Part shown: piece by piece, positions 21,912 through 34,003 of the stretch | Layout of the letters: every line of letters begins with the position of its first letter | Position numbering within the stretch: position 1 is the stretch's first letter | Assembly: GCA_036867785.1 (NCBI GenBank) | Contig: CP145414.1 | Coordinates: 1,178,001 to 1,242,000, forward strand | From: Plasmodiophora brassicae | Lineage: Eukaryota | Reading direction: 5' to 3' | DNA length: 64,000 nt | Made by a program: the position numbers and the translations under genes | The notes under the pieces: model-generated | The model's database searches: none | What the model saw: only the letters and a program-made list of their open reading frames with translations | What the model was told of the DNA's origin: nothing

Positions 21912-24900
21912 CTACGCGGTCGTTGCTGCTGTATGTTTCTGTTCAGCTGCCATCGACGCAGCGGCTTCCCGGATGCACCTCATCCAGTCCAGCATTTGCG
22001 CCTCCGATTGCGCCTCCAGATGCCATACTCTACTAGGGTTCTCGATGCAGAAGCAGAACTGACGCCGGGCCTTGTCGGCGTATACCTCAAACCGCTTGCC
22101 TAGGCAACGCCTCTCAGCGCGACATCACATCCGTCAAGCGCGCACGTGCTGTTACCCGATCCTGTCGCCGTGTAGATGATGCCCAGACATTCCGATGGGA
22201 AACTCTAAGCAGTAAGTGTTAGCGAAAGACAGGCGCTGCTTCAGTCCTGCGATTCCCCTACGTTGTGGGACGGGAAATAGCGGAGCTGGTTTCCGACGAG
22301 GTAGAAGTATCGCAACTTCCAATTCCTTCGAAACCCTCCGCGCTTCAAGAGATACCTGGATGATGCAATCCTGAGTGTCGCGCTCGACGATATGGAAGGC
22401 AGAAAGTGGCGAACCCGTGCTTGGTAGCCTCTCCAAACTGGCGAACAAACTCGGCGTGGGCCGCTAGCTTGAAACCGACGTTCGCGTTTGTCGGTATGAC
22501 GTCGTCCCCGTCGCCGGCTTCGACCACCTCCAGTTCCTGAGGGAACGATCGCAGGTCTGTGGCGGCGGGTCTGAGATCTTCGTTCCCATATGGCGGAGCG
22601 CCAAGCGTACCGTCGTCATCTCCACTCACATCCCGTACGTGCATGACGTTCCCTTTGTTGCTCAACTCGTTGCGCCTCAGCTGATCCTTCAAGTCTTGCG
22701 GTATCGTCATCAGCAGGCTGTCAGATACGCTCTCTGGGTCGATCGTTGTCGTTCCCGATATGACGCGACGACACTGCTGGAGCCAGGTATGGCGTTCCCC
22801 GATGGACTGTGCACAAAAGGCAAACTGTGTCCTATCGGCGACCCTCTCCGATTGCTTTGTGGCCTTTGGCGACGACTCCACCAGCGACAGGACGGTGCCT
22901 TCGATTTCGAACTGACGGGTCATCCATTCCGTCGTATCGGAAGGCTGCTTTGTCAGAACTTTGTTCGTCGGTGAAGTTGATGGCTCGTCTGCACACGAAC
23001 CGGGGTTACAAAGTGGTGACGAGTAGTGCCTGTTCATGGCCTTACTATTATGGTGAATACCGGTGACACGAATCTTCACGATCGGGTTTCGCTTATGGGA
23101 TGTCTCGTACAGCATCATGACGCCGTCATCGGCAAGGGACGCGAAACACGGGAACCAGATCTGGATCTGAGGGTCGAAGGACAGAACCCATGCGTTCGTC
23201 GAGTTCGACTTGATCTGGTAGCGCAACGCGACCTCCGACAGCATATCTAGTAGGGCTCGTTGCGAAATCGATTCAACCGGCGCTGTTTCGCCCCATCAGC
23301 GTGGAACAGTTAACACGGTCTGGCTACCAGCGGCTTACGAGACATGGCCGGTGCAGTGAATGACTCGGGCGCGAGGATGCTAGTCCACAGGGATGCCACG
23401 GCCAACGACCGTGCACAGAACACAATCGAGTCCTGATCCTCGCATATGTGGACCTGTCGGGAACATCAGATGCGACCAGGAGCGGCTGTGGCAGGACGGC
23501 GTCATACGCAATGTGGTTTGGATCCTTTACGCCCGAGGAGCACTCTGGTGTTGGGGTTGTCGACGATTCGCACAATGGCCAGGCATTCGTCCGTCGTACT
23601 CTGCTGTCGATCAGCGAATGATCTGACAGGGAGCGGTTGTAAACGTTGGCCGACCTGTCCCGCGCGGGCCTCGAATACGTGAAGTTCGCGATCGAACAGG
23701 AGGATAAGCGACGGCTGCCACTGATCCGTTGCCTGGTCGTAGATTAGGCCCAGGTCGTAGTGCCGTAAGTCGTTCATTCTCAGGTTGAAGCCTTTCATGA
23801 ACGCCGGGGACAATTGCCCTAATAAACGCAAGAGCACCCGTCAGGCCTGGCCGGGAGCAAGCGGAGCCGTCTAGCGCCGACTCGGCCTCGGTATTGACGT
23901 CAGGTCTGGCGCCGCGAACGACATGTTGATGATCTGGCCGGCCACTATTTGGAGAATGGGGGCTTGCTCTTCCGTAGTAGGCGAATTCGATATCCGTTGT
24001 GCGTTTGACGGCGCTGTTTGCATTACGTCAGCCCACGATCACAATATCCTGCCCTGACGGCGTATACGCTTCTTCAGCCGGTGCTCACGACCCGGAAGCG
24101 AGGTCTTCTGCAGGTTGTTCAGAAGCGCACGTTTGGAGTCCAATAGGGACTGGACGTGCGTTAGCTGACCAGACAGGCTGCAGTACGCCGCCGGTTAGTC
24201 AACGACAAACGCATAGCTGAGACGAGCATACCTGCTCATCTCTTCAGTCACAATGGATTCCAGTTTCGAGGCCAGTTTCCTGTCGAGCTCATTGACAGCG
24301 TCCTTCCCAATGGTCATCAGGTCTGGTGTCAGGGCAATCGCTAGTTTCTTCGCGCTGGCCTTGAGCTCTTCATCGGGGCTCTCGCAGTACCCGAGAAGTT
24401 TGGCAAGGCCCAGCTCCTGTTGCGATTCAGAGTTCCGCCGTGAAGATGTTTAACAAACGACGTCACCTTTAGAATGACTGCGGTTGATGCCGAGCGAAAC
24501 GTCGTATCCCGGGCGCATGTCAGCAACGCCACCAGGGCAGCACAGCACTGGTTGGCCACCTTTGGTGGCCCGATGCTTAACAGTATGGCCTGTCGAGGTC
24601 AGAAGTCAGCTCGAACGACAGTTCTCACTTCGTCGTGTCGGCCGCAGACCAGTTTCTCGACGAACATAAGCTTGACGTCGTCGTCAAGTGCCGACAGTGA
24701 CGATTGGGTGCTGCCGCATTGCCCACAGGGCTCGCATGACGGCTTCATTTGTGCCAGCTCACGAGCGGCCAGCTCCTGGGTTCCATGCATGTCAGCAACC
24801 GTTGCGTCGTTCCATACCCTTGCTGCCACTACCTGCATGGTCTGCCGGCTGTTCTCCAGCATGTACGTCAGGCGCGGTACGTCAAACTCCTTGCTGATTG

Positions 24901-26786
24901 TCTTGGACGATTTGTGGAACATGTGCGTCAGGCGGGCGATGATATCCATAAAGGTGGGCCGCTTCGACGGCAGTACGTTGAAACAGTCGTTAATCAGCTC
25001 CGTTAACGTTGGTCCGATCCAATCTATGCGGCACGACTGTTAATCTGGCACGACCTGGCGTCCTAGGGCGATGTAGAACCTGGAATGGTGGGGCGAGCAC
25101 CATCTTCCAGAACGGCTTCAAAGACGTCCCTAAGCAGCACCATTCAGTGCATGCCGCAGCGCGTCAACAGAGACATCGGTCGGCGTACACGTATGATGTG
25201 ATCTTGTACCGATCCCGTAAAGGAATCTGCCTTGCGGTCAGCTCAGTCAAGACGACCCCGAAAGAGTAGATGTCGATCTTGTTCGTATATGCGGACCCTT
25301 CCATCACTGCAGAACATATGAACGGCAGGTAGATTCGAGGATACGTTAGCGCATACCTTCCGGTGCCATCCACTCAGGCGTGCCGAAGACGCCATACTTG
25401 CCTCCAGCTTCATCAGTCTCCGCAGACGGGTCGGCGTGTGGCGACTTCTCGGCCAGCTCCCTCACATGACTCAGGCCGAAGTCGGCGATCTTCACTGTAA
25501 AGTTCTGATCGAGCAACACACTGCAGCAGCAGACGTTATACAACAGAGCCAGGAGCGTCCCCCCAGTGGCACTGACTTGTGACTCTTGAGGTCCCTGTGG
25601 ATGATACTCCGCTCCAGGCTGTGTAGGTACGACATGCCTTGCGCCAGCCCTGTCGCGATGTCGATGATCTTGCGCGTATCAATAATTGCCTTCTGCTTGT
25701 AGATGATATCGTACAGCGATCCTCGGTCGCACCATTCCGTGACAATGCACACGTTCGGCGGGACAGTACACGCGCCAATATACAGGACGACGTTTGGGTG
25801 GCGTAACTGGGAAAGGATGGCAACCTCGTTCTTTAGGTCGGCCAGAACTTTGTCCTTCGCACGGCGCATCAGTACCAGGTACTCGACGTTTCGGAATCGA
25901 AACGTACGTCGACTTCGGAATCCTTCAGCTTCTTGATAGCGACGTCGGTGCCCCAGAGGCGGCCTTTGAAGACCTCGCCGAACGCGCCGTCGCCGATTTT
26001 GGTCAGGAACGTCAACTGCGAATAGTCAATCTCCCAGTGCTCGCGCTGCGAAACGGGCTTTGCAATCTCGGCGACAAGCGTCTGCCTCGCAATGGCGCTG
26101 CGAATGGCGCTGACCCATTCCTCGTACTCCTCAGCGGTATCGGCGTGTACGAGCAATTCACGATCGGGCGTATGGATGAGGAACGCGAATTGCCGATCCC
26201 CGCTGATCGTTGCAATCCGGCTTAAAATCGCCTTCTTGGCATTGTCTTGGCCTATATCCTTCACGGTCGCCTGGCTGCCAACGACCGAATTATAGCACCG
26301 CCGACAAACCTAGCATAGCATCGGATGGACAGAGTCAGATAACGCGATGGTGGTTGCGTCAGTAGATCATACCTTGACGGGCTTGTCGAAGCCGAACGAG
26401 GGGACGGCCACCTTCAGAGACGCACAGTCTTTGCAGAACGACTCGGAGCATATCGAGCACTTCTGGCGCTTGTAGATCATGTTGAATGTACGTTTGCACT
26501 CGTAGCAGACGGCTTTGACTTTGTCGTCAGCGGCCGTGGTGGCGTCGTGGGCAAACACGGCGGCGCCTGACAACGGCAGGACGCCTAGGACGGGTTGCTC
26601 ATCTTCGGCGCCGGCAACCGGTCGCGCTTTGTAATAGAAGATGCAGTCGCGTTTGATCTCGAACCATCGCTTCTTCCAATTCTTGAAGCCACCTCGCGCG
26701 CCGCCTTGTTTGGTCAGCCACCCGCAATGGCTGATCGTGCCGCCGTTACTCTCAGAGCCCCGGCTGCTCTTCTTATGGTTGCCCAT
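21912..26786 (-). CDS. TKL (Raf/MLK-like) protein kinase with split PH + FYVE-like finger and C-terminal PH domains
   Basis: GWLTKQGG..NWKKRWF; Cys pairs; IGDGAFGEV, VAIKKL, IIHRDLKSH, IADFGLS, GTPEWMAPE; last exons KHGYLLKRGGFRRNWKLRYF...WMRCIREA; TAG at 21914-21912. Confidence 0.88.
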
Positions 26787-27278
26787 GTACGGGGGGCAGG
26801 TCCACGGCTGCTACCAGCGCCCGCGAGATACTGCAGACCCAGCGAGCACGGGCGGTCGATCTCGAATGCGGCCACCAGTTAATATCTGTTCGAGAACCGT
26901 CAACCAACTGTACCTTCCGGAACGTTGCTGACATGACCAATCACAGTTATTCTGCCATCGTCGTACATATCGGCATCGCCACATCATCACTCCTGTACTT
27001 TCCTCCGTTCTGATCACGGTATGATACGTTCTGAGAGGCACCACCCTGCCCGAACATCTCTTCTGTCTGGGCACAATATTGGAGTGGCTACTGCCACGGG
27101 ATTCCAAGTGGCAGCAAGGAAAAAGCCCAGGGCAGGAACGTTCCTGCCGGCTGCCCCGTCGTTTCCCGTGGCAGCAAGTAGGGGTCGGCGCGGTTTGGTT
27201 TCGAACCAGAAACCGTGAACCAAACCGAAACTGCGCGGTTTTGGTTCCAGGGGGACCCAGTTGGTTTGGTTTGGTTTA

Positions 27279-28769
27279 CAGTATTTGCTTCTAATAAGCC
27301 CCGAACTGAAATAATCGGGGTTCGGGGTCATAGAGCACTTTGAGGGTTTGGGGTCTTATTGTGAAATATTTTTGTGTGGTTTCAGTGCTTGGGGTCTTAT
27401 CAGAAGCACACTTTATACGTGGAGTTATTCGCGAAATTCAACCACAGTTTGGTCCCGGTTAACCCGAACAACAAGAAACGGCACATTTATTTGTCGCACA
27501 GGTACGCACGATTCACAGGGACGGCATGGTATCCTCCGACGCCAATTGGTTCTTCAAACGGATCCTAACCCAGAGAACTTGTCGTGTGCAGTTGTTCGAT
27601 AACGACCGACCACGATGTGGGTGTCGGGCACAGGCTGCCCGTGTATAGAGACGCACGTGGTGCAATAACAGTGCCGATGAGGAGCGGTTGGCCATCACAG
27701 TCGACGACCTTGACACAGTCACCTTCACGAAAACTGGCCGGTTGTAACGACTGAATAGGCGCTTCGTCGTCTGACGAACTGGGGTCCTCGAGATCGTTGT
27801 CGCCTTCAGAGAATTCGCCGTCAGTACTGCCGTCGCTGCTTTCGGAATGTGTTTCATCGTCGATGTTGATGACAAACGGGACGGTTGGGATAAACTGGTA
27901 ATCATCAAGACCCTGGATCTTGATCCTACTGGGATTCGCACCAACCGTCCCAAGTAGGCAACCGGTCTTCTCGAAGTACTTACGAATGTACCCCGCTTGC
28001 CAGAACTGCTCCCAAGCTTCACCCACCCATTTGGTAATGAGGATGCGACGTTCGGGAGCCGTGAATTTCCCCCTAACCATTTCGATGAGAACGCAGCGTC
28101 ATTGTCCATCTGATAATCCAGCCGCGATGCTATGAGGTATTTCATCATCCTTCCCACGCCGGCATCGACTGTCAACGACAATTAGCATGGAATAATCAAG
28201 GTGAACGAAATACATACCCGGTTGCAACATTTCAGTAATGTTTGGCGGAAACAGTTGGCGAAGACGAACACGATGAGACTCTTGCCTCTTGCTTCCCATT
28301 CACGTCTACGGCACAGTTATTCACGAACGTTCGTGGAAAAACTCGCTGACCTTCATTCGATTCGTCAAGTTGAGTGTTGTGGCTGGGACCTGTGGTGCCC
28401 GATCCCTTGTAGCGGGTGATCAGCGCTCGTTTCATATCATCGAACTCCGAAGGTGTGATAATATCATCCTTCAGCAGCTCAGATAGCTCACGGAGCTCTT
28501 CCAGCATCGATGACATTAGCACAGAGGCAGCACAACACCCTTCGACAATATGCACAATGAGCTTGCGCTGCGGCATCACCTCGGTCCGTGCAGCAATAAG
28601 TAGCAAAACGTTGTGTGGAAGTTTATAATAAGACCCCAAACCTCTAAATTTAGCCCTGTGTCTCTTATTAAGACCCCGGGTATGCCTCGAAAATGGGGTT
28701 TGGGGTCATAAGCCACCGAATTCAGGGTTCGGGGCTTATTACAGGAAACCTTATTAGAAGCAAATACTG
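27279..28769 (-). mobile_element. Internally deleted pogo-like (Tc1/mariner superfamily) element nested in the hAT left end
   Basis: 20-bp TIR CAGTATTTGCTTCTAATAAG, TA on both sides; near-identical to parts of 43902-46610. Confidence 0.93.
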
Positions 28770-28999
28770 TAGTTTGGTTCGAGGTCAGCACAAAACCGGT
28801 TTGGCTCCGGTGGAACCGGTTTGAACCGTGGTTTGCACTGGGTGACTCTATATATGACAGATGCGCTAGTAATCAGGAACCCGTGCGGCGCGCGCAGTCA
28901 CCGAACTGTCCACGCTCCCGCAGCGCACCGACCACGGTCTTTGTATCGCGTTCGAAGCCGTTGTAAGCGTATATAGGAGGTTCTGTTCTCGTGTCTGTC

Positions 29000-30263
29000 A
29001 TGCCTGGTCATCGCCTAGATGGAGCGAACGTCAGCGACCACGATCTGTCGTCATCGTCTGAGACTGGTGTCGAGTTTATTCCCCCAAGCATTCGCTCTGG
29101 GACCGCCCTGACCGATTCTTCCGCTGCTCGTGGCAGCTCCGAAGCAATCCAAAGCGCCACCGTTGTCGCTTCTGTTGTCGAATCAGGCACCGTCGTTCAA
29201 TCGCGGAAGCGTCGTCGCTCGCTCCCACAGGAGAAATTGGCATCAAAGCCATTGGTGCGAATCGAATGATGGGACGAGGCGCAAATGTAAGCATTGTGCC
29301 CTGACTTGGTCCATGTCGACGTCGACTGGCACGATTTTGAAACATCTGCAGCAGAAGCACAGTGTCCTCGAGGATGGTGTAAAGACCAGTACATCTCGTC
29401 AGACTCTCATCACGTCGACAACGTTGCCGTCGCATCGCGTGGCGACAAACGATGCGGCTGTCGTGAAGTATATCGTCCGTCGTGGAGACGTTCATACTCT
29501 ATCGGAAGACGAATCGTTCCGCGAGTACTCTCGCACACTCTGTCCTGGATTCGAACCGAAGTCAGCCCGCACTGTCAAGCGGGGGATTCTTAAACTGTAT
29601 TTCATTCTTCGTGCCATGTTGATCGAATATTTTGCGACCCTGTCTTCGAAGATCAGCGCAACATTCGATGGATGGTCGAATCCCAGGTCTCACATGCCAC
29701 TGGATAGACACTTACCGTGGTCTTCTTCTGACTTGCCTTCTTGATTTTGCTTACATCGATCCTGGGAAAGGGGCGGGTAAACGGATTGGCACTGCGATTT
29801 GTGAACGACTGTCAGAGTTCCAAATCGATGGCAAGATTCTTTCGTTGGTGAACGATAACGGCTCCGTTTACCCGCCCCTTTCCCAGGATCGATGTAAGCA
29901 AAATCAAGAAGGCAAGTCAGAAGAAGACCACGGTAAGTGTCTATCCAGTGGCATGTGAGAGGATACAAGCCCTGCAACCTGGGATTCGACCATCCATCGA
30001 ATGTTGCGCTGATCTTCGAAGACAGGGTCGCAAAATAAGGCGGACGCGCCTACGATGGACGCGAGTCATTGGCGAGTCCAATGTTTAAAGCAGAGATGTG
30101 TTGTCGGTCGTGGCTGGACCTCTTCCGACAGCTCAAGACTGAGGTTCCAAACGACCTCAACGCAGCGTTTCGCGAAAGGATGGACAAGCTGGACGCCAGG
30201 CAGCAACGTGACCTCGCCGATAATGACGATGTCATCGACCTTCTTCTGAAGGAGTTAGATTAG
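29000..30263 (+). pseudogene. hAT transposase remnant
   Basis: BED finger KCKHC...STGTILKHLQQKH; SATFDGWS, LTCHWID, VNDNGS catalytic motifs; C-terminal RESLASPMFKAEMCCRSW; frameshifts and central deletion. Confidence 0.88.
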
Positions 30264-30741
30264 GGACCATTGCGTCCCATCCTGTCGTGACTGCAGTAAA
30301 CCATGGTTTGTTAGTTTCGGTTTCGGTTTCGGAGCCCCGGTTCGGTTTGGTTCCGGTTTGTAGCTCTTAGATATAGTTCGGTTTGGTTTAGTTCGGTTCG
30401 GCCATCCAAAACACCGGTTCAAACCAAACCAAACCGCGCCGACCCCTAGCAGCAAGAGTTGCTGCGGGGCGGACAGCGTGTTGCGGGAGTGGGACGCGGA
30501 CTAATACGAGGCATTCGCTGTTGTTGTGGTGGGGTGTCGCCGTCGTGGGTGTCGCCGTCGTGGGCGTTGTCGACCGCGGCGCCTTCGGCGCCGTCGTCGC
30601 TGTTGTCAGCCGCAGCCACTGGTTCTGTTGTTTGTCGTTGCCATCAGTGCCGTCGTCGTGGTCGTTATCGGCCGCAGTACTGTTCAAACGTCTTCATGGC
30701 TGGCAGCAAGGTCCCTTTGGTACTTGAGATCCGGGCTGGTA

Positions 30742-30864
30742 CATCGCGATCCGACCTGGGTACTGTCACGTATGCGAAATCGTTGGTATGTCGTATCGCA
30801 ATAAGACTTGAACGACATACCAACCATTTCGTAGACGTGACAGTAACCAAGTCGGATCGCGATG
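30742..30864. repeat. 123-bp near-perfect hairpin flanked by TA (MITE-like)
   Basis: Arms CATCGCGATCCGAC...GGTATGTCGT and ACGACATACC...GTCGGATCGCGATG, about 53-bp stem, 17-nt loop. Confidence 0.8.
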
Positions 30865-31535
30865 TAAGTGGCAGCAACGTTCCTGCCACGTGATATTCTT
30901 CCTTGCTGCCATTTGGACTCCCGTGGCAGTCGCCTCGCTCATGATTATTCCCAAGCTGTAGACCTCGAAACACGGAATGACCCTTTCGTCCAGGCTGAAC
31001 TTCTTCTGGCGGGGACATCATCTCGGTTCCGGCGCTTGAGGACGGCGTCAACGTCGAGCACGCAACAACTCGGAGCAACGCGTGATGTGTAGATTGATTT
31101 CGAGAAGAATGGATCTCGTGACGAACAACGAGGACTGTTGCCACCGGTAAGATCGTCAGTCAAACCTTGCACCAAAGTGCAGACGCGCAACCAGGTGGCC
31201 GACTCTGCTACATACATGGCGAAGCACCAAGCAGCGAACAGCAGCAGGCAATGACCATGTGGGCAGGGGCCATTATATTGGACCATGTGGCCAGGCGTGT
31301 TTGGCCCATTTGCTGTATTTCGGCAAAAGATTGCAATAGACACTTTGTGGCAGCCAGCAAATAGCTCGAGCCCTCGTGTCTCAGACGTCAGAGCCTGCGC
31401 GGGACCAGGAGCGGAGCAGGGAGCTGTTCCGAGCCACGTGAGGCCAACCTTGAGGACGGCACCCTCTGCTCGGCCGCGGCGGGAAGCCTCCGACCCCGAC
31501 CCAACAGAAATAGATAGCGCCATTTCACTATCGTC

Positions 31536-32177
31536 ATGCTCCGTGTTTACACGTTGGTGTTCGCAGCGACGCTGCTCGGTGCCGCGCTAGCCCAGGAATC
31601 GACGCCTGATAACTCAACGACCGCGGTGTCCCCGGAATCAGCGCCCAGCCCCAACACGGGCGATACCTCAGACGATTCGTCGGCGCCGACATCAGCCGAT
31701 GCGTCCGCGCCTGCAAGCGACACGCCAGCAGACGACACTCAGCCAAGCGATGATCAAGAGGACAGCGCTGTCCAGCCTGTCCCTCCGTATTCGCCAGGAC
31801 CATATGGCGCTGAACCTGCTGGAGCCCCAGACGATGACGCATCAAACAGCACTGACTCGGACTGGACCAATCCAAACGGGCGAGTTCCGACGATGCCGCT
31901 GCCGACGACGCCTTCGCTCCTGCAAGGGCCTTTCTTCACTGACGGGTTGGCAAACCCATACATCGGCCGCCGCATCGTCAGGCAGCCGTTCACGGGTAAC
32001 TTCTTCGCACCGGTGCGCCGCGGCAGGAACTTCTTCGGCGGCTTCAACGGCGTCGGAGCCCACATCCGCCCCACCGTCTCGTCCAACATCGGCGTCACGT
32101 TCAACCCCGGGTCGTCGCCTGACGCTGACCAGCGCCGCGGCCGCAACGGGTACGCCTTCCCGTTGCACGTCCTGTGA
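31536..32177 (+). CDS. Secreted orphan protein, acidic Ser/Asp/Pro-rich N-half and basic/aromatic C-half
   Basis: Signal peptide MLRVYTLVFAATLLGAALA; intronless 213-aa ORF. Confidence 0.75.
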   Translation: MLRVYTLVFAATLLGAALAQESTPDNSTTAVSPESAPSPNTGDTSDDSSAPTSADASAPASDTPADDTQPSDDQEDSAVQPVPPYSPGPYGAEPAGAPDDDASNSTDSDWTNPNGRVPTMPLPTTPSLLQGPFFTDGLANPYIGRRIVRQPFTGNFFAPVRRGRNFFGGFNGVGAHIRPTVSSNIGVTFNPGSSPDADQRRGRNGYAFPLHVL

Positions 32178-32423
32178 ACGGGGACCGCTCCTCAATTAGA
32201 AAACCGGCCCGCCCAGTGGCTGTTTGTTGTTCTTTGCCGAATGTAGCCTCAATAAATGGACGTTCCGAGTGGTCGCTGACGACAGGGCACGTATACGTTA
32301 CCGAGTGGCGCGACTTCTGAAAAGAGGGGGGGCACTGCCCCTCCAGTCATACCTGGAGTGTTTGAGGGGACGACGAAGAGACCAGAGTGGCGCGCCCGAT
32401 CAGTGGCGGTCCATTTTTCGAAA

Positions 32424-33669
32424 ATGGAGGGCGTCGTTGATGGCGGGCTGCCGGATGGCGTCCTGGGCGATATCGAGCAGCGCATCCGGGAGGCCGTGCG
32501 GATGGCCTTGGGTGAGCAGCAGGTCGAGTGTGCCACGCAGGCGATCGCCAGTATCAGCCTGCAACTACGGACGATGTCGGCGCTGGCGACGTTGTTCCCG
32601 ATGATGACGTCGTCGCAGCACGTGGACGCGCTGATGAAGAAGTACACCAGCTCGTGCCTGCAGGCTATTCAGAACGAGAGTCGCGCCATCTTGCAGGTCC
32701 AGTACCCGGAAGGCGGTTCACTGACGTGCATACCAGAGAACAAGACGCTGAACGAAGTCGCTTCCCCAATACGGAGCCATAGCCCCGACCTCAAGGTCCC
32801 AAAGCTGAGAGCCAAGTCGTCGCCACGTCGTCAACTTTTGCAGCCGAAGACCAGACGGTCTCTTCAGCTTGCCAGGCGAAAGTCATGTGATCTGGATTCG
32901 GCAAAGGCCCTAGCGCTGTCCGTGTCGTCAATTCCTGGCGCTGTCTTCCCTGAACGAGAGCCAACACTGCAGACCCAGGTGCGGCGCCCCCGTTCCATCG
33001 ACGTAAGCAAGAGCGTCGACCTCTCGGCGTCTGACCGAGAAGGGCAGAGTCCACCGTCGCTGAAGAAGGCACCAATGCAGCCTCCATCGACAATGCCGCC
33101 GAAATCCGCTACTAGCAGACTTCGTTTTCCGACGTCAGGAAGGAGACCAGCAACCAGTTCGGCAGGTCGATCGCCCGGGCGACGATCATCTGACCTGGGA
33201 CGTTTCGACGCCGAAATGGACGTGTCCCGTAGCATGGACTGGAACAACCTGGGCGACAGGTTGTCAAACGAGGAGGGCAGCCAGAAACCGACTCGCATCA
33301 AACAGCGGCAGGTGGTGACCCGTCAGGTTTCGAGTGCCACGCTGACGCCGAAGCCCTTCGGCACGGTCAAGAAGCCGAAAAGCATTCGCAGTCTGGGGTC
33401 GTCGCCAATGCCCAGTTCCGATGTGGAACGGCAGCATCAGCAACCACATCGCCGAAGCATGGAGTTCCGCTCAAGGGTAACCTGCGTTCCCCTCAACAGC
33501 GCCAAACTAAGTCAACTCATTACTCTAGTACCCGTCGACGGACGACAAACGAGAATCTGTTAGCGCGACGTTCATTCAGAACATCGAGGAGCTTGTCGCG
33601 AAGTCATCACCGGTCAGTTCTGGAGCAGCACGTTGGCGCAACTGTTTCTGAATCGTGCTGCAGTATGAC
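32424..33669 (+). CDS. Hypothetical Ser/Pro/Arg-rich protein; 3' end approximate
   Basis: Long ORF 32358-33563 with helical N-terminus; probable intron from about 33477. Confidence 0.55.
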
Positions 33670-34003
33670 GAGGTATTTGCAACGAGGGCCCGTATCCATA
33701 ACGACGACGATTGGCCTTAACCCACACTGCATCGCGATATCTTTCCTAGACATCTGCACATAATAATTCATACCCCCAGGCAGGGTTGATTACGTACCCC
33801 GACAAGGACGACGCTGAGTGTCAGTGGCGAGAACCCATCACCACATGGTGACCACGTGCGCCGGGCCGAGCGTCCGGGGCAGGCGCGGTTCGCCGGAGCC
33901 GGGTCCGCGATGCTCCGAGGCGCCGAAATTATTTCCGTTTGAGCGTCGCTACACGCCTACAGTGGCTCAGTCGTGGCGAGTGACTGTTGCAGGACGGGGA
34001 CGC

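Larger units (their letters stand above)
27179..30448 (+). mobile_element. hAT-superfamily DNA transposon, internally rearranged and defective
   Basis: 23-bp TIR TAGGGGTCGGCGCGGTTTGGTTT at both ends; 8-bp TSD GCAGCAAG (27171-27178, 30449-30456); subterminal GGTTT/AAACC arrays. Confidence 0.93.

Noticed and set aside
27190-27280. Short GGTTT/AAACC repeats, also 28770-28835 and 30300-30435, resembling telomeric or CRISPR repeats
   Set aside because: Irregular spacing with no spacers; explained as hAT subterminal repeats
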